A DNA stretch of 64,000 nt, taken from Candidatus Helarchaeota archaeon (GTDB lineage: Archaea > Asgardarchaeota > Lokiarchaeia > Helarchaeales > RDOG01). The DNA lies in contig JAHPZH010000001.1 of assembly GCA_019058315.1 (NCBI GenBank), forward strand, positions 631,536 to 695,535, read 5' to 3'. The position numbers were made by a program, and so were the translations under genes. Positions 9,563 to 19,477 of this stretch are shown here, one piece after another. The notes beneath the pieces are model-generated. The model saw only the letters and a program-made list of their open reading frames with translations. It ran no database searches and was not told where the DNA came from. Position 1 is the first letter of the stretch. Each line of letters opens with the position of its first letter.

Positions 9563-11106
9563 TTAAATTCCTTAATTTCACTATATATTTTATCAATTTC
9601 TCTTTTCATATATTCATAATCTAATTTTTTCAATCCATTCAAATTAAGTCGTGCTTTTAACTCCTTTAATTTCTCGGTAAGCTCATTTAGTTTTCTTTTT
9701 CTACAATATTCAACAAAAGCCGCAGCTATTTTAAATGTATTATGTATTTTATTAATTTTTTTATTTACTTCTTGATCCTCAGGCGATAATGAATCTGAAG
9801 GAAACCATATATTATTTAATTTAGATAAGTGTTCTAAACCCTCGATCTTTTTAATCGGATTACTTCCAAGTTGAAATTCTACTAATTCAGATAGAGTATC
9901 TAACCCCTCAATTTTTGTGATTTGATTCTTATGAAGCTTTAAATATTTTAATTGAGTAAGGTTTTCTAATCCTTCAATTTTTTTGATCTGATTATGAGCA
10001 AGCTCTAAATTTTTTAATTGCGCTAAATTTTCTAAGCCTTCGATTTTTTGTATCTGATTTCCATGTATATTATCACCAAAATATAATTCTTTTAATTTCT
10101 TAAGGTTATTTAATCCTTCTATTTTTGTAATTTTGTTAGCTTGAAGAGACAATTCTTCTAATTGAGTAAGATTCTCTAAACCTTCCAATTTTTTTATTGA
10201 ATTAAATTCAAGTTTTAAATATTTTAGATTCAATAAATTTTCTAGTCCCTCAATTTTGGTTAATTTATTATGCCAAAGAAATAATTCTTCTAAAAGTGAG
10301 AGGTTTTCTAATCCTTCAATCTTTTTAATATTAGTATATCTGACATCTAAACGTTTTAATTGGCTGAGATTTTCCAAACCCTCTAACTTGTTTATCGGAT
10401 TTTTTCCAATGAATAAATATTCTAATTGTGTTAGGTTTTCCAATCCTTGGATTCTTGAAATTTTATTTTCACCCAACCATAACCTTTTTAATTTTGTGAG
10501 GTTCTCCAAACCTTCTAACTTTGAAAATTTATTCCCTCTAATCCCCAAACCTTCCAAATTTAATAGGTTATTCAACCCTTCAATTTTTTTGATCTGACAA
10601 TCATCAAGATGTAAATTTGTTAATTGGGAAAGGCTATCTAACCCCTCTATTTTCTCAATCTTATTCTCGGAAAGAGATAACGATTGTAATTGAGTTAACT
10701 TATCTAAACCTTCAATCTTTGTAATTTCATTATAATATAAGCTTAAATTCTTTAATTGAGTGAGTTTATCTAATCCTTCAATTTTCTTTATACTCAAATA
10801 GTCTAACTGCAATTCCTCTAATTTTGTTAACCTTTCCAACCCTTGTATTTTTTCAAGATGCCCTACACTTTCAAGCTCACCCTCCCAAAAATCATAAGTA
10901 TCTCCACGAAGGGTTAATCTTTGTAAATTTGAAAAATTTCCGATGATATCCAAACAAATTTTTCCTATTGGGCCTTCTTTCACTTCAATTACAATAACAT
11001 TTCCATTATCGACTTGAAAATTATAGGTTTCTAATTTCATTTCCTTGAGTAATTTTTTCATATCTTCTCTTTCGGTCAAATCCTGAATCTTTTCCAACTT
11101 ATCCAT
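9559..11106 (-). CDS. SDS22-like leucine-rich repeat protein (paralog of 8333-9562)
   Basis: Tandem 22-aa LRRs; C-terminal cap (AFVEYCRKR...REIDKI) matches the neighbour's (AVVAFCKKR...REIDEI); 4-bp overlap. Confidence 0.92.
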   Translation of the reverse strand: MDKLEKIQDLTEREDMKKLLKEMKLETYNFQVDNGNVIVIEVKEGPIGKICLDIIGNFSNLQRLTLRGDTYDFWEGELESVGHLEKIQGLERLTKLEELQLDYLSIKKIEGLDKLTQLKNLSLYYNEITKIEGLDKLTQLQSLSLSENKIEKIEGLDSLSQLTNLHLDDCQIKKIEGLNNLLNLEGLGIRGNKFSKLEGLENLTKLKRLWLGENKISRIQGLENLTQLEYLFIGKNPINKLEGLENLSQLKRLDVRYTNIKKIEGLENLSLLEELFLWHNKLTKIEGLENLLNLKYLKLEFNSIKKLEGLENLTQLEELSLQANKITKIEGLNNLKKLKELYFGDNIHGNQIQKIEGLENLAQLKNLELAHNQIKKIEGLENLTQLKYLKLHKNQITKIEGLDTLSELVEFQLGSNPIKKIEGLEHLSKLNNIWFPSDSLSPEDQEVNKKINKIHNTFKIAAAFVEYCRKRKLNELTEKLKELKARLNLNGLKKLDYEYMKREIDKIYSEIKEFK

Positions 11107-11168
11107 TAAATCCGCTCAAATATTACATTTTTCTCTTTTAAATCCCTGATTCTTTTTGCTTTTTTCAT
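11106..11168 (-). pseudogene. 20-aa mini-ORF, probable N-terminal remnant of a third LRR paralog
   Basis: MKKAKRIRDLKEKNVIFERI* resembles the LRR N-termini MKKIDKIKDSGEK and MDKLEKIQDLTER; its TAA overlaps the next ATG (TAATG). Confidence 0.5.
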
Positions 11169-11284
11169 TTGAATCATCAAAGTAATGTGTAAAATTCTTT
11201 TTATGTTTTTAATAATTTAATAATTTGAGTAATATAAAATATTAACAAACTTTCCATAAATCTTTCTTAAATAGAGGAAATCGC

Positions 11285-12085
11285 TTGTTAAAAATTGTAT
11301 TTACAACCGATTTGCATGGTAGAAAGTATAAATATAAAAAATTTTTTAACTTAGATGCAAATATTTACATTATTGGAGGAGATTTGCTCTCTATTGGAGG
11401 AAGTTTTACTCAAATTTATCAAAATCAAAAAAAATTTACAGAAGAAGTTATATATAAACTATTAAAAGAAAAAGAAGGATCTTGTGAAATTCTAATAATG
11501 TCTGGTAATAATGACTTACCATTTTTTGAAAATTACATAGAAAAATGGGAAAATGAGGGATTATGTAAACAATTACATGGCAGAAAGTATAATTATGATG
11601 GAATTGAAATAATAGGATTTAAATATGTTCCCCCTACACCCTTTATATTTAAGAACTATGAAAGAGGGGATGAAAGAGATATAGGCCACCAAATCTTAAA
11701 ACCCGTATTATTTGACAGAAATGGGAAATACACAATAATAAATTTTGAAGATTATTTAAAATCAAATAAAACTATTTCTGAATTATTGGAAGAGTTGCCA
11801 AAACCAGCAGACTTTTCTAAAACAATATATATAATGCACACTCCACCATTTAATTGTGATTTGGACAGAGTTCATGATGGAAGGATTGTAGGATCTATTG
11901 ATATTAGGAAATTCATTGAAAAAAATCAACCAAAATTAGTATTATGTGGGCATATTCACGAAAGTAGGGCCCAAACGCGTATTGGAAGTACAATATGTAT
12001 CAATGATGGGCAGATCGGTAACAAACTTCATTATGTAAGTTTTGAAATAAACCGAGGACAAGTAAAAAATATAATTTTGAAATGA
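11285..12085 (+). CDS. Calcineurin-like metallophosphoesterase (Icc-related)
   Basis: TDLHG, GGD, GNND, HTPP and GHIHE motifs. Confidence 0.9.
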   Translation: MLKIVFTTDLHGRKYKYKKFFNLDANIYIIGGDLLSIGGSFTQIYQNQKKFTEEVIYKLLKEKEGSCEILIMSGNNDLPFFENYIEKWENEGLCKQLHGRKYNYDGIEIIGFKYVPPTPFIFKNYERGDERDIGHQILKPVLFDRNGKYTIINFEDYLKSNKTISELLEELPKPADFSKTIYIMHTPPFNCDLDRVHDGRIVGSIDIRKFIEKNQPKLVLCGHIHESRAQTRIGSTICINDGQIGNKLHYVSFEINRGQVKNIILK

Positions 12086-12148
12086 ATTACATAATATAAT
12101 TAAAATCTATATCAATTAAAAAAGAAAAAAAGGTATGAGAAATTAAGA

Positions 12149-13915
12149 TTACTGCTTTTTCATCTCCCGATCTCGTAATGCACGACGCATTACCTTGCCC
12201 ACAGCCGTCTTAGGTATAGATGAGATAAACTCCACCTCTCTGGGGTACTTATAACCAGCTATATTTTCTTTAGCCCATTCAATTATTTCTTCTGTTGTTG
12301 TGTCTTTAAAATCTTGTTTCAATTTGATAAATGCCTTGATTTTTTCTCCAGTTAATTTATCTGGAATGCCAATTACTCCGACTTCTAAAACTGCTGGATG
12401 CTCATAAAGACTAGCTTCGACTTCTGCTGGTAAAATTCTATATCCTTTATATTTGATCATTTCTTTTGAACGCCCAGAAATGTAAAAATACCCATTTTCA
12501 TCCATCCGACTAATATCACCAGTCCTAAGCCAAATTTTTCCTTTTTCATCTTTAATCAAAACTCGTGCGGTAGCTTCTGGATTCTTCCAGTATCCTTTCA
12601 TTACTTGTGGTCCTCTAATTAAAAGCTCGCCATCTTGTCCTGGTTCCAATTCTTCTAATGTATCTAGGTCTACAATTTTAACATCGGTATCGATAATTGG
12701 TAAGCCTATAGAGGCAGGAATCCATTTTGCCCAGCTTTGAGGTTGCATGTGGGTACCAGGACTACATTCAGTTAATCCAAAGACTTGACGAACTTGAACT
12801 CCAGCTACTTCTTCCCACTCTTTTGCAACAGCTGGAGCTACTGCTGCACCACCTGCTGCTACTCTATCTAATGAAGTTAAATCTCGTTTTTTAAAGTCAG
12901 GATGGTTTGCAATCATAATATACATAGTAGGTACGCCAGAAAAAGCCTCAACTTTGTACATTTCAATTGATTCTAAAATGGATGCAATATTTAAAGAATC
13001 ATAAACAATTAATTGTGTTGCAGCGGCTGAATAGCCGAGGATTGAGATCATACCAAATGTGTGACATAAGGGAAGAACCATTATAAAAGATATTTTTCCA
13101 TAATTTTTATCGAGATATTCCTCTTTAAATTCATCCATAAAATTCCCCAATTGACTAAGATTAGCAAGAATGTTAAAATGAGTCAAGATGACTCCCTTCG
13201 GAAGTCCCGTTGTCCCTCCTGTATATAATAAACAAAATAGATCTTCTTTTATATTAATTGGAATTTTTTCTTCTAAAGGTTGATATTTTTCGAGTAACTC
13301 ATGAAAATTTAATATTTCTACACCAGGAATTTCTCTTGTTTTTCCTTCATCTTCTATATCTTCTTTTATGAGAATAATTTTTTCAAGATCAAATTCTTTA
13401 CTTGAACGCTTAAATAGTGCAAAATTCTTTTCATGGACTACTGCAATTTTAACATCGCCACAATCTCTTAAAATGTGGGATACTTCGAGCTTTTTTAGTA
13501 AAGGATTTATTGGAACCAAAACTGCGCCTAATTTTGCGCATGCCCACATAGCAATAACAAATTCTGGGCAATTTTTTGAATTTAATGCGACTGGAATACC
13601 CTTTTTAACACCAAGATCTCTTAAGGCATTTGCCATCTTCTTTGAATAGTATAGAATTTCTCGATAGGTATATTTCTGCTCTTTTGGTTTAAAATTTATC
13701 GCAACATTGTTTGGAAAATTCATCGCCACTAGCTTTAATACACAAAATACACCATTATATTTTTCTATAGCATCATAATTCAAGGTTTTTGGCATCCATT
13801 CAGGATAATTTTTATACCAAAGTCGATCGGGTCTTACCCATGGGCTTGGGACATCAAATTTACCGGTTCCTTCACCTGGATCAACTGGACATTCTTCATC
13901 AAATTCAAATTTCAA
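12149..13915 (-). CDS. Long-chain fatty acid-CoA ligase (ANL adenylate-forming family)
   Basis: YTGGTTGLPKG, FGLTECSP, LRTGD, GRSKEMIK and PKTAVGK motifs. Confidence 0.93.
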   Translation of the reverse strand: MKFEFDEECPVDPGEGTGKFDVPSPWVRPDRLWYKNYPEWMPKTLNYDAIEKYNGVFCVLKLVAMNFPNNVAINFKPKEQKYTYREILYYSKKMANALRDLGVKKGIPVALNSKNCPEFVIAMWACAKLGAVLVPINPLLKKLEVSHILRDCGDVKIAVVHEKNFALFKRSSKEFDLEKIILIKEDIEDEGKTREIPGVEILNFHELLEKYQPLEEKIPINIKEDLFCLLYTGGTTGLPKGVILTHFNILANLSQLGNFMDEFKEEYLDKNYGKISFIMVLPLCHTFGMISILGYSAAATQLIVYDSLNIASILESIEMYKVEAFSGVPTMYIMIANHPDFKKRDLTSLDRVAAGGAAVAPAVAKEWEEVAGVQVRQVFGLTECSPGTHMQPQSWAKWIPASIGLPIIDTDVKIVDLDTLEELEPGQDGELLIRGPQVMKGYWKNPEATARVLIKDEKGKIWLRTGDISRMDENGYFYISGRSKEMIKYKGYRILPAEVEASLYEHPAVLEVGVIGIPDKLTGEKIKAFIKLKQDFKDTTTEEIIEWAKENIAGYKYPREVEFISSIPKTAVGKVMRRALRDREMKKQ

Positions 13916-14035
13916 TTTTTGTTTCTCCTTTTAAAGTAACAAATAATTAAAATAATTATTATATCCTCATTTCTTATGAATACTTTATATAATTATCTAA
14001 AATTTAATGCGATCTAAATAAATAAATGACTTAAA

Positions 14036-15184
14036 ATGACAAAATACAGACTAGTTGCTTTATCTGATTTACATCTAGGTCATGAATCATGCCTTTTAAG
14101 AAATGAAGGATCTATAGAAGGTTTAAATGAAGCAATTATTGCTATGCAAACTAAAGATATTAATGGGCCTGAAATACAAGAAATTGAAACTTTAGTCTTA
14201 ATAGGTGATATAATCGATGCCGCATTATGTAGAGCTAATGATATGTATGAAGCTGCAGGATCTTTTTTCAGAGAATTAACAAATAGAATAAAGATAGGAA
14301 AAATTGTAATAATTCCAGGAAACCATGATAGAATTTTATTAAAAGATGCCACTGATACACTTCAGAATTCGGGAACACTAACTCAATATTTTGATGGCGT
14401 ATTTCCTGTCGAGGGTCTCGATATTGATTTGGAACCTGAATTATTTAATATTTCGATAAATTACTACCAAAATTTATCACTACTTCAGCTTTATGGCTTA
14501 AAAAATTATCAAAATCAACTCAATGTTGGAAAAAAAACCAAAATTTATTTTGCTAACCCTATTTTTTATGAAAAAATTGGAAATAAATCGTTTATATTTA
14601 ATCATGGACTCCATATGTATATGGATTATTTTCAATTAATTTCAAAAGCACAAACTCTCAAAGAGATTGAAAATAATTCTATAAACATTGTTACAACTAT
14701 TTGGAATAACAGAGGAGATCACGATCTTACAATACAAAAGAGTTTTTGGACAGGAGTCCAATTTTTCCATTCACAATTACTAAAATTTAGAAATATAACA
14801 GATTTTTGGTATAAGCCATGGACATTATTAAAAAAAGAAAAATCACGATGGAATAGAAAATTTAATCCCTTTAGAAATTTAATTGATAATCCAAAAATTG
14901 AATTTTTTCGAAAATTATGGTCAATATTCAAAAAAATCCCTGATAAAAATATTTCAAAAAATAATATGGTATTTGTCTATGGTCATTTACATACTTCTGA
15001 ATTCAAAGAATTTTATGTAGACAATACAATTGGGAATGTGGTTAGCTTTAATACAGGAGCATGGAATACTTGGCATAAAAAACTTAGACCCGATTCATGT
15101 ATCCTCACTATTGATAATAAGGAATCTAAACTCTGGAGATATCAATACCCCAAAGATCTAGTAAAAAGTTTAGCTCCATTTTAA
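14036..15184 (+). CDS. Calcineurin-like metallophosphoesterase
   Basis: SDLHLG, GDIID, PGNHD, NHG, GHLH and NTGAW motifs. Confidence 0.85.
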   Translation: MTKYRLVALSDLHLGHESCLLRNEGSIEGLNEAIIAMQTKDINGPEIQEIETLVLIGDIIDAALCRANDMYEAAGSFFRELTNRIKIGKIVIIPGNHDRILLKDATDTLQNSGTLTQYFDGVFPVEGLDIDLEPELFNISINYYQNLSLLQLYGLKNYQNQLNVGKKTKIYFANPIFYEKIGNKSFIFNHGLHMYMDYFQLISKAQTLKEIENNSINIVTTIWNNRGDHDLTIQKSFWTGVQFFHSQLLKFRNITDFWYKPWTLLKKEKSRWNRKFNPFRNLIDNPKIEFFRKLWSIFKKIPDKNISKNNMVFVYGHLHTSEFKEFYVDNTIGNVVSFNTGAWNTWHKKLRPDSCILTIDNKESKLWRYQYPKDLVKSLAPF

Positions 15185-15397
15185 AGTCATTTTAATTAAG
15201 GAAAAATTCTAAAAAGTAAATTGTTAATAAAATTTTTTCAGCTAAAGTTTGCAACTTTGCTATTTTTTATCCGCAAAATATAGTTTTATATAATGCGAAA
15301 TTCATAATATAAATTGGATTTTTCTTGAATATCACATTTTTTACAATTAAACTTGAGAATTCTTAATGGTTCAAATTTCATTATTTACTGATTTTGG

Positions 15398-16369
15398 TTG
15401 AGAATTATGATAGAAAAACTAGATCGAGACGGATTTGTACTAGATTTTCAAAAAATTAATGCTCAACCAATTGAATTTTATGATGATACTATTGGTGAAT
15501 TAGTTTCACAAGACATATATCAAGTAGCACGTAAAGATGACCAATATAAAATAAATATAATTAAAAAATCAAGAAATAAAGGTAATGAAATATTTAGACT
15601 GACTGTAAACCAAAAGGAGTTAGATGAAATCCTATGGGGTTTACCTAAAGAACTATTTTATGGTTTAAGTGAAACAAGAGATGAATTCAAAAAAGAAATG
15701 GAATCTTGGAATTCTGAAAATTTAGGCTCTAAATTCTTTATTACAGATAATGATGCTTTACCACTATATAGTAGAGGTGTTCTAGTTCAACACGATGAAA
15801 TAATAAATTCATATGTAGTAGGAAAATTATTACCTATTTATGAAGAATTCGGGGAAGAATTTGTAGGAGAAAAGCCATTTACAATATTATTTGCGAGACC
15901 TGAATCATTTGCTTATATTTTTGATAATGAAATTAATATATCAGTCTCTTTTACTGAAATAAACTCAATTTTGCATTTAAATAAACTATACTTGGCTGCA
16001 GCCAAAGTATTTTATGGTAAAAAAAGCCATGAATTTCGATTAAATTATGCAATTTCTGATTTTATTAAAGCAAGCTTTGATTTAAATATTTCAAACTTAT
16101 CATGTGTCATATTTAACCAAGATCTAGAGCTTGAATTTTCAAATATGGATGATTTTGAAATTGATTGCCTGGAGAAATTAATAAAATCATTTCCAAGGAT
16201 AAAAGATGAGTTAAAAATTGAAATTCAAGATTCAATTATAGGTGGGAATAATAATTCTTATGGAATGGGTATTACTAATAAAGGTATAATTGTTATTAAA
16301 AATGAACTCCAAAGTTTCTCAATTATTAAGCAAAAATTTATAGAAAATGCACTCCCAATTAGACCATAG
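15398..16369 (+). CDS. Hypothetical protein
   Basis: Long acidic soluble ORF with no recognised motif. Confidence 0.6.
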   Translation: MRIMIEKLDRDGFVLDFQKINAQPIEFYDDTIGELVSQDIYQVARKDDQYKINIIKKSRNKGNEIFRLTVNQKELDEILWGLPKELFYGLSETRDEFKKEMESWNSENLGSKFFITDNDALPLYSRGVLVQHDEIINSYVVGKLLPIYEEFGEEFVGEKPFTILFARPESFAYIFDNEINISVSFTEINSILHLNKLYLAAAKVFYGKKSHEFRLNYAISDFIKASFDLNISNLSCVIFNQDLELEFSNMDDFEIDCLEKLIKSFPRIKDELKIEIQDSIIGGNNNSYGMGITNKGIIVIKNELQSFSIIKQKFIENALPIRP

Positions 16370-16463
16370 AATCATATTATAAGATACCCAAGCTGATTTG
16401 TTTTTTAAGTAGCTAAAAAATATTTACGAATATTTTTGTATTTTATCAACTTAACTGATAATA

Positions 16464-17717
16464 ATGCAAATAATTCATTGTCCATATGGTTATTTTCCTT
16501 CCATTTCAGGAGCTGAGCTTTATATACAAAGAATTTCAGAAATTTTGTTAAAGAGAAAACATAAAATTAAGGTTTTTTGTTCTAATGCAATTGATTTTCA
16601 AGCCTTTAGATCGCCTAAAGGAAAAATAATATCAGAACTAGAGAGAAAAGTTAATAATGTCGAAATAAAAAGGTTTAAAATCGAATATTCTAAATTTATT
16701 AACTTCATTAAATTAATTCTAAATACTTCTCTAAAAGAAATATTAAATAAAATAAGTTTTTTGAAATTTAACCTAATAGATCTGCTTAAATTTGTAAAAA
16801 ACGGTCCCTCTATTCCCGATTTTTTCAGATCACTATTAAAACAAGATGCAGATATTTTCCATACAACTGCTATTCCTTATTTAAATATAATATTAACATT
16901 AATTGCTGGCAAATTAAAAAAAATACCAATTATTTGCACTCCTTTCTATCATTTTGAAAATGAAAGATATCAAGATCCTTCTTTTTCTCGTATTTTAGGT
17001 GAATTTAACAAAATTTTAGTCTGCTCAAAGGCCGAAAAAAACTATTTAATTGAAAATGGAATAAAACCAGAAAAAATTAAACAAATACATATGGCGGTTG
17101 ACTTGCATAAATATGAAAAAGCAAAAAAAAATTGGTTTTTTGATAAATACCCTATACAAGGACCAAAGATTTTATTTTGTGGTTATAAGAATATTGAGAA
17201 AGGAGCAATTAGCATTTTAGATTGTATTAAATATGTAGTATCTGAAGTACCAGACACTAAATTCATTTTTATTGGACCTAGCACTAAGGTATTTAATATA
17301 AAAAAAAGAAAATTAGGTGATTTAAGAGAAAATATCGTTAATATTGGAGTTCTGCCTTACGATGCAACCCTCAAACGTGGAGCATTTGCTGCGTGTGATA
17401 TGTATCTTATGCCTTCTAGAAGTGAAGCATTTGGTATAGCTTACTTAGAGGCGTGGGCTTGTAAAAAACCAGTTATAGGTGCAGATATAAGGGCATCAAT
17501 AATTGAAGATGGTCAAGATGGTTTTGTAGTTCCATTTAATTCATCTCCTAAATTATTAGCTGAAAGAATTATCAAGTTAATAAAAGATGAAAAACTAAGA
17601 ACTGAATTAGGTTTGAACGGTTATAATAAAATTAAAAAGAATAATTGGACTTGGGAGCATTTGGCAATAAAAATTGAAAATATATATAAAGAGGTGATAA
17701 ATTCTAGTGAAAACTAA
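16464..17717 (+). CDS. GT4 (GT-B) glycosyltransferase
   Basis: N-terminal SGAE; PSRSEAFGIAYLEAWACKKPVIG motif. Confidence 0.93.
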   Translation: MQIIHCPYGYFPSISGAELYIQRISEILLKRKHKIKVFCSNAIDFQAFRSPKGKIISELERKVNNVEIKRFKIEYSKFINFIKLILNTSLKEILNKISFLKFNLIDLLKFVKNGPSIPDFFRSLLKQDADIFHTTAIPYLNIILTLIAGKLKKIPIICTPFYHFENERYQDPSFSRILGEFNKILVCSKAEKNYLIENGIKPEKIKQIHMAVDLHKYEKAKKNWFFDKYPIQGPKILFCGYKNIEKGAISILDCIKYVVSEVPDTKFIFIGPSTKVFNIKKRKLGDLRENIVNIGVLPYDATLKRGAFAACDMYLMPSRSEAFGIAYLEAWACKKPVIGADIRASIIEDGQDGFVVPFNSSPKLLAERIIKLIKDEKLRTELGLNGYNKIKKNNWTWEHLAIKIENIYKEVINSSEN

Positions 17718-18930
17718 AATTTCAGGGAATCCTATCGCTACAATTAGACAAAATGAGGCATATATTGATGGATTTTCTACAAAAAAAATGATAAAAGAAT
17801 TTGGTACTCCATTATTTGTATATTCAGAAAATAAGATTCGTTCTAATTGTTCAAATTTCTTACAAATACTCAAAAAATTTTTCCCAAAACTATTAGTTTT
17901 ATATTCTTTCAAGGCAAATTATCTCCCTCAAATTTGCGAAATAATAAAATCTGAAAAAATAGGTGCGGAAACTGTCACCTCTTTTGAATTAGAATTAGCG
18001 ATTCAGCTTAAATTTGATCCAAAAAAAATTCATTTAGGTGGTGTATATCTACCTGAAGATACATTAAAACTGGCATTACAAAATAGGATAGGATTAATAT
18101 CTGTCTGCTCATTAACACAACTTAATACCTTAATTAAATTAGCAAAAGATATCGATAATACTCAAAATATTGGAATTAGAATCGTTTCACCTAAATTTGA
18201 TCGTAGAATAGGTATAGTTTCAAGTAAAGATAATTTTATGAAAATTAATGATACTTTATCAAAATCTCCCAATCTTAAATTAACAACTCTTCATTCACAC
18301 TATGGTACACAAATGATGAAACCCTCAATTTTCAAAGATAATGCTAGATATGCTCTAAATACTGTATCCTTAATGGAGGAAGCTGGGTTAAGCATAAGGC
18401 AACTCAATCTCGGAGGGGGTTTTCCAGAAGCTACAATTATGAATAATAATAATCTTGAAAAAATCGGAAAGGATATTTCTGAATTGATAAAGGTATGTGG
18501 TTACCCTCATCTAGAGATTATCTTCGAACCTGGTCGTTATATTATCGGAGATGCTGGAATATTATTAACCAGTGTAATTGACGTAAATTTTGAAAATCAA
18601 CGATGGATATACGTAGATGCAGGAACAAATATCTGTCCAATTTGGGCAAATAATAATCTCAGATTTTTTTGTGCAAATAAGATCAATTCACCTCATAATA
18701 TTCCTGTTAATATAGCAGGACCTCTTCCTACGTACATGGATGTTCTTGCAAAGAAAGCTCCATTCATAAAAAATATTGAAATTAATGATACACTCATGAT
18801 TTTAAACACTGGGGCATATAACCTATCTTGGGGTACTCTCTTCCCATTTCCACAACCTCCATGTATTCTAATTAAAAATAATCAACTGGTTGAAATAAGA
18901 TCTCGAAAAAATCCATCCTTCATACTTTAG
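17707..18930 (+). CDS. PLP fold-type III decarboxylase (LysA/ODC-like, non-canonical)
   Basis: FGTPLFVY, YSFKANY (PLP Lys), HSHYGTQ, NLGGGF, EPGRY and NTGAY motifs. Confidence 0.85.
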   Translation: MKTKISGNPIATIRQNEAYIDGFSTKKMIKEFGTPLFVYSENKIRSNCSNFLQILKKFFPKLLVLYSFKANYLPQICEIIKSEKIGAETVTSFELELAIQLKFDPKKIHLGGVYLPEDTLKLALQNRIGLISVCSLTQLNTLIKLAKDIDNTQNIGIRIVSPKFDRRIGIVSSKDNFMKINDTLSKSPNLKLTTLHSHYGTQMMKPSIFKDNARYALNTVSLMEEAGLSIRQLNLGGGFPEATIMNNNNLEKIGKDISELIKVCGYPHLEIIFEPGRYIIGDAGILLTSVIDVNFENQRWIYVDAGTNICPIWANNNLRFFCANKINSPHNIPVNIAGPLPTYMDVLAKKAPFIKNIEINDTLMILNTGAYNLSWGTLFPFPQPPCILIKNNQLVEIRSRKNPSFIL

Positions 18931-19026
18931 ATTCAAAAATAAAATAAGATTATTAAGATGAAATAAATATAAAATCATTAATTGTAATGTTTTGTTTTAT
19001 TTAGATATTATAACGCGGTTGATGAT

Positions 19027-19452
19027 ATGAGTGAAGAACGTTTCAAAAAATTTATTGGTTATAAATTGAAAGATGGAAAATGGACATTACCTTCAGAAAG
19101 AATGAAGCAATACCAAACAGCTGTAGGGGATACACGCCCTGAATATATGTCAAAAAATCCTATTTCCAGTCCCGCTTTTACTTGTGTCCTTGTTCTTGAA
19201 GCTAGAAAACAACATGTAAAAGACGTCCCCGGATTGAATATTGATTATACTAAAGTTCTTCATGCTACACAAGCTTATGAATTCTTTAAGCCATTGAAAG
19301 CTGGTGCAGAAATAGTAACCAAGAATTATATTTCTGATATATACATCAAACGTGAAAAACTTTGGATCGAAACTACCATAGATTGTTATGATGGCGATGA
19401 TTTATGTGTCAAAGTAATAAATAAAATAGTCGTGCGTAAGGGTGGCTTTTAA
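19027..19452 (+). CDS. MaoC-like hotdog-fold dehydratase subunit
   Basis: YQTAVGD..P, SPAF, VLHATQAYEFFKPLKAG. Confidence 0.8.
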   Translation: MSEERFKKFIGYKLKDGKWTLPSERMKQYQTAVGDTRPEYMSKNPISSPAFTCVLVLEARKQHVKDVPGLNIDYTKVLHATQAYEFFKPLKAGAEIVTKNYISDIYIKREKLWIETTIDCYDGDDLCVKVINKIVVRKGGF

Positions 19453-19477
19453 AAGTAAAAAATAAAGTAAAAAATAA

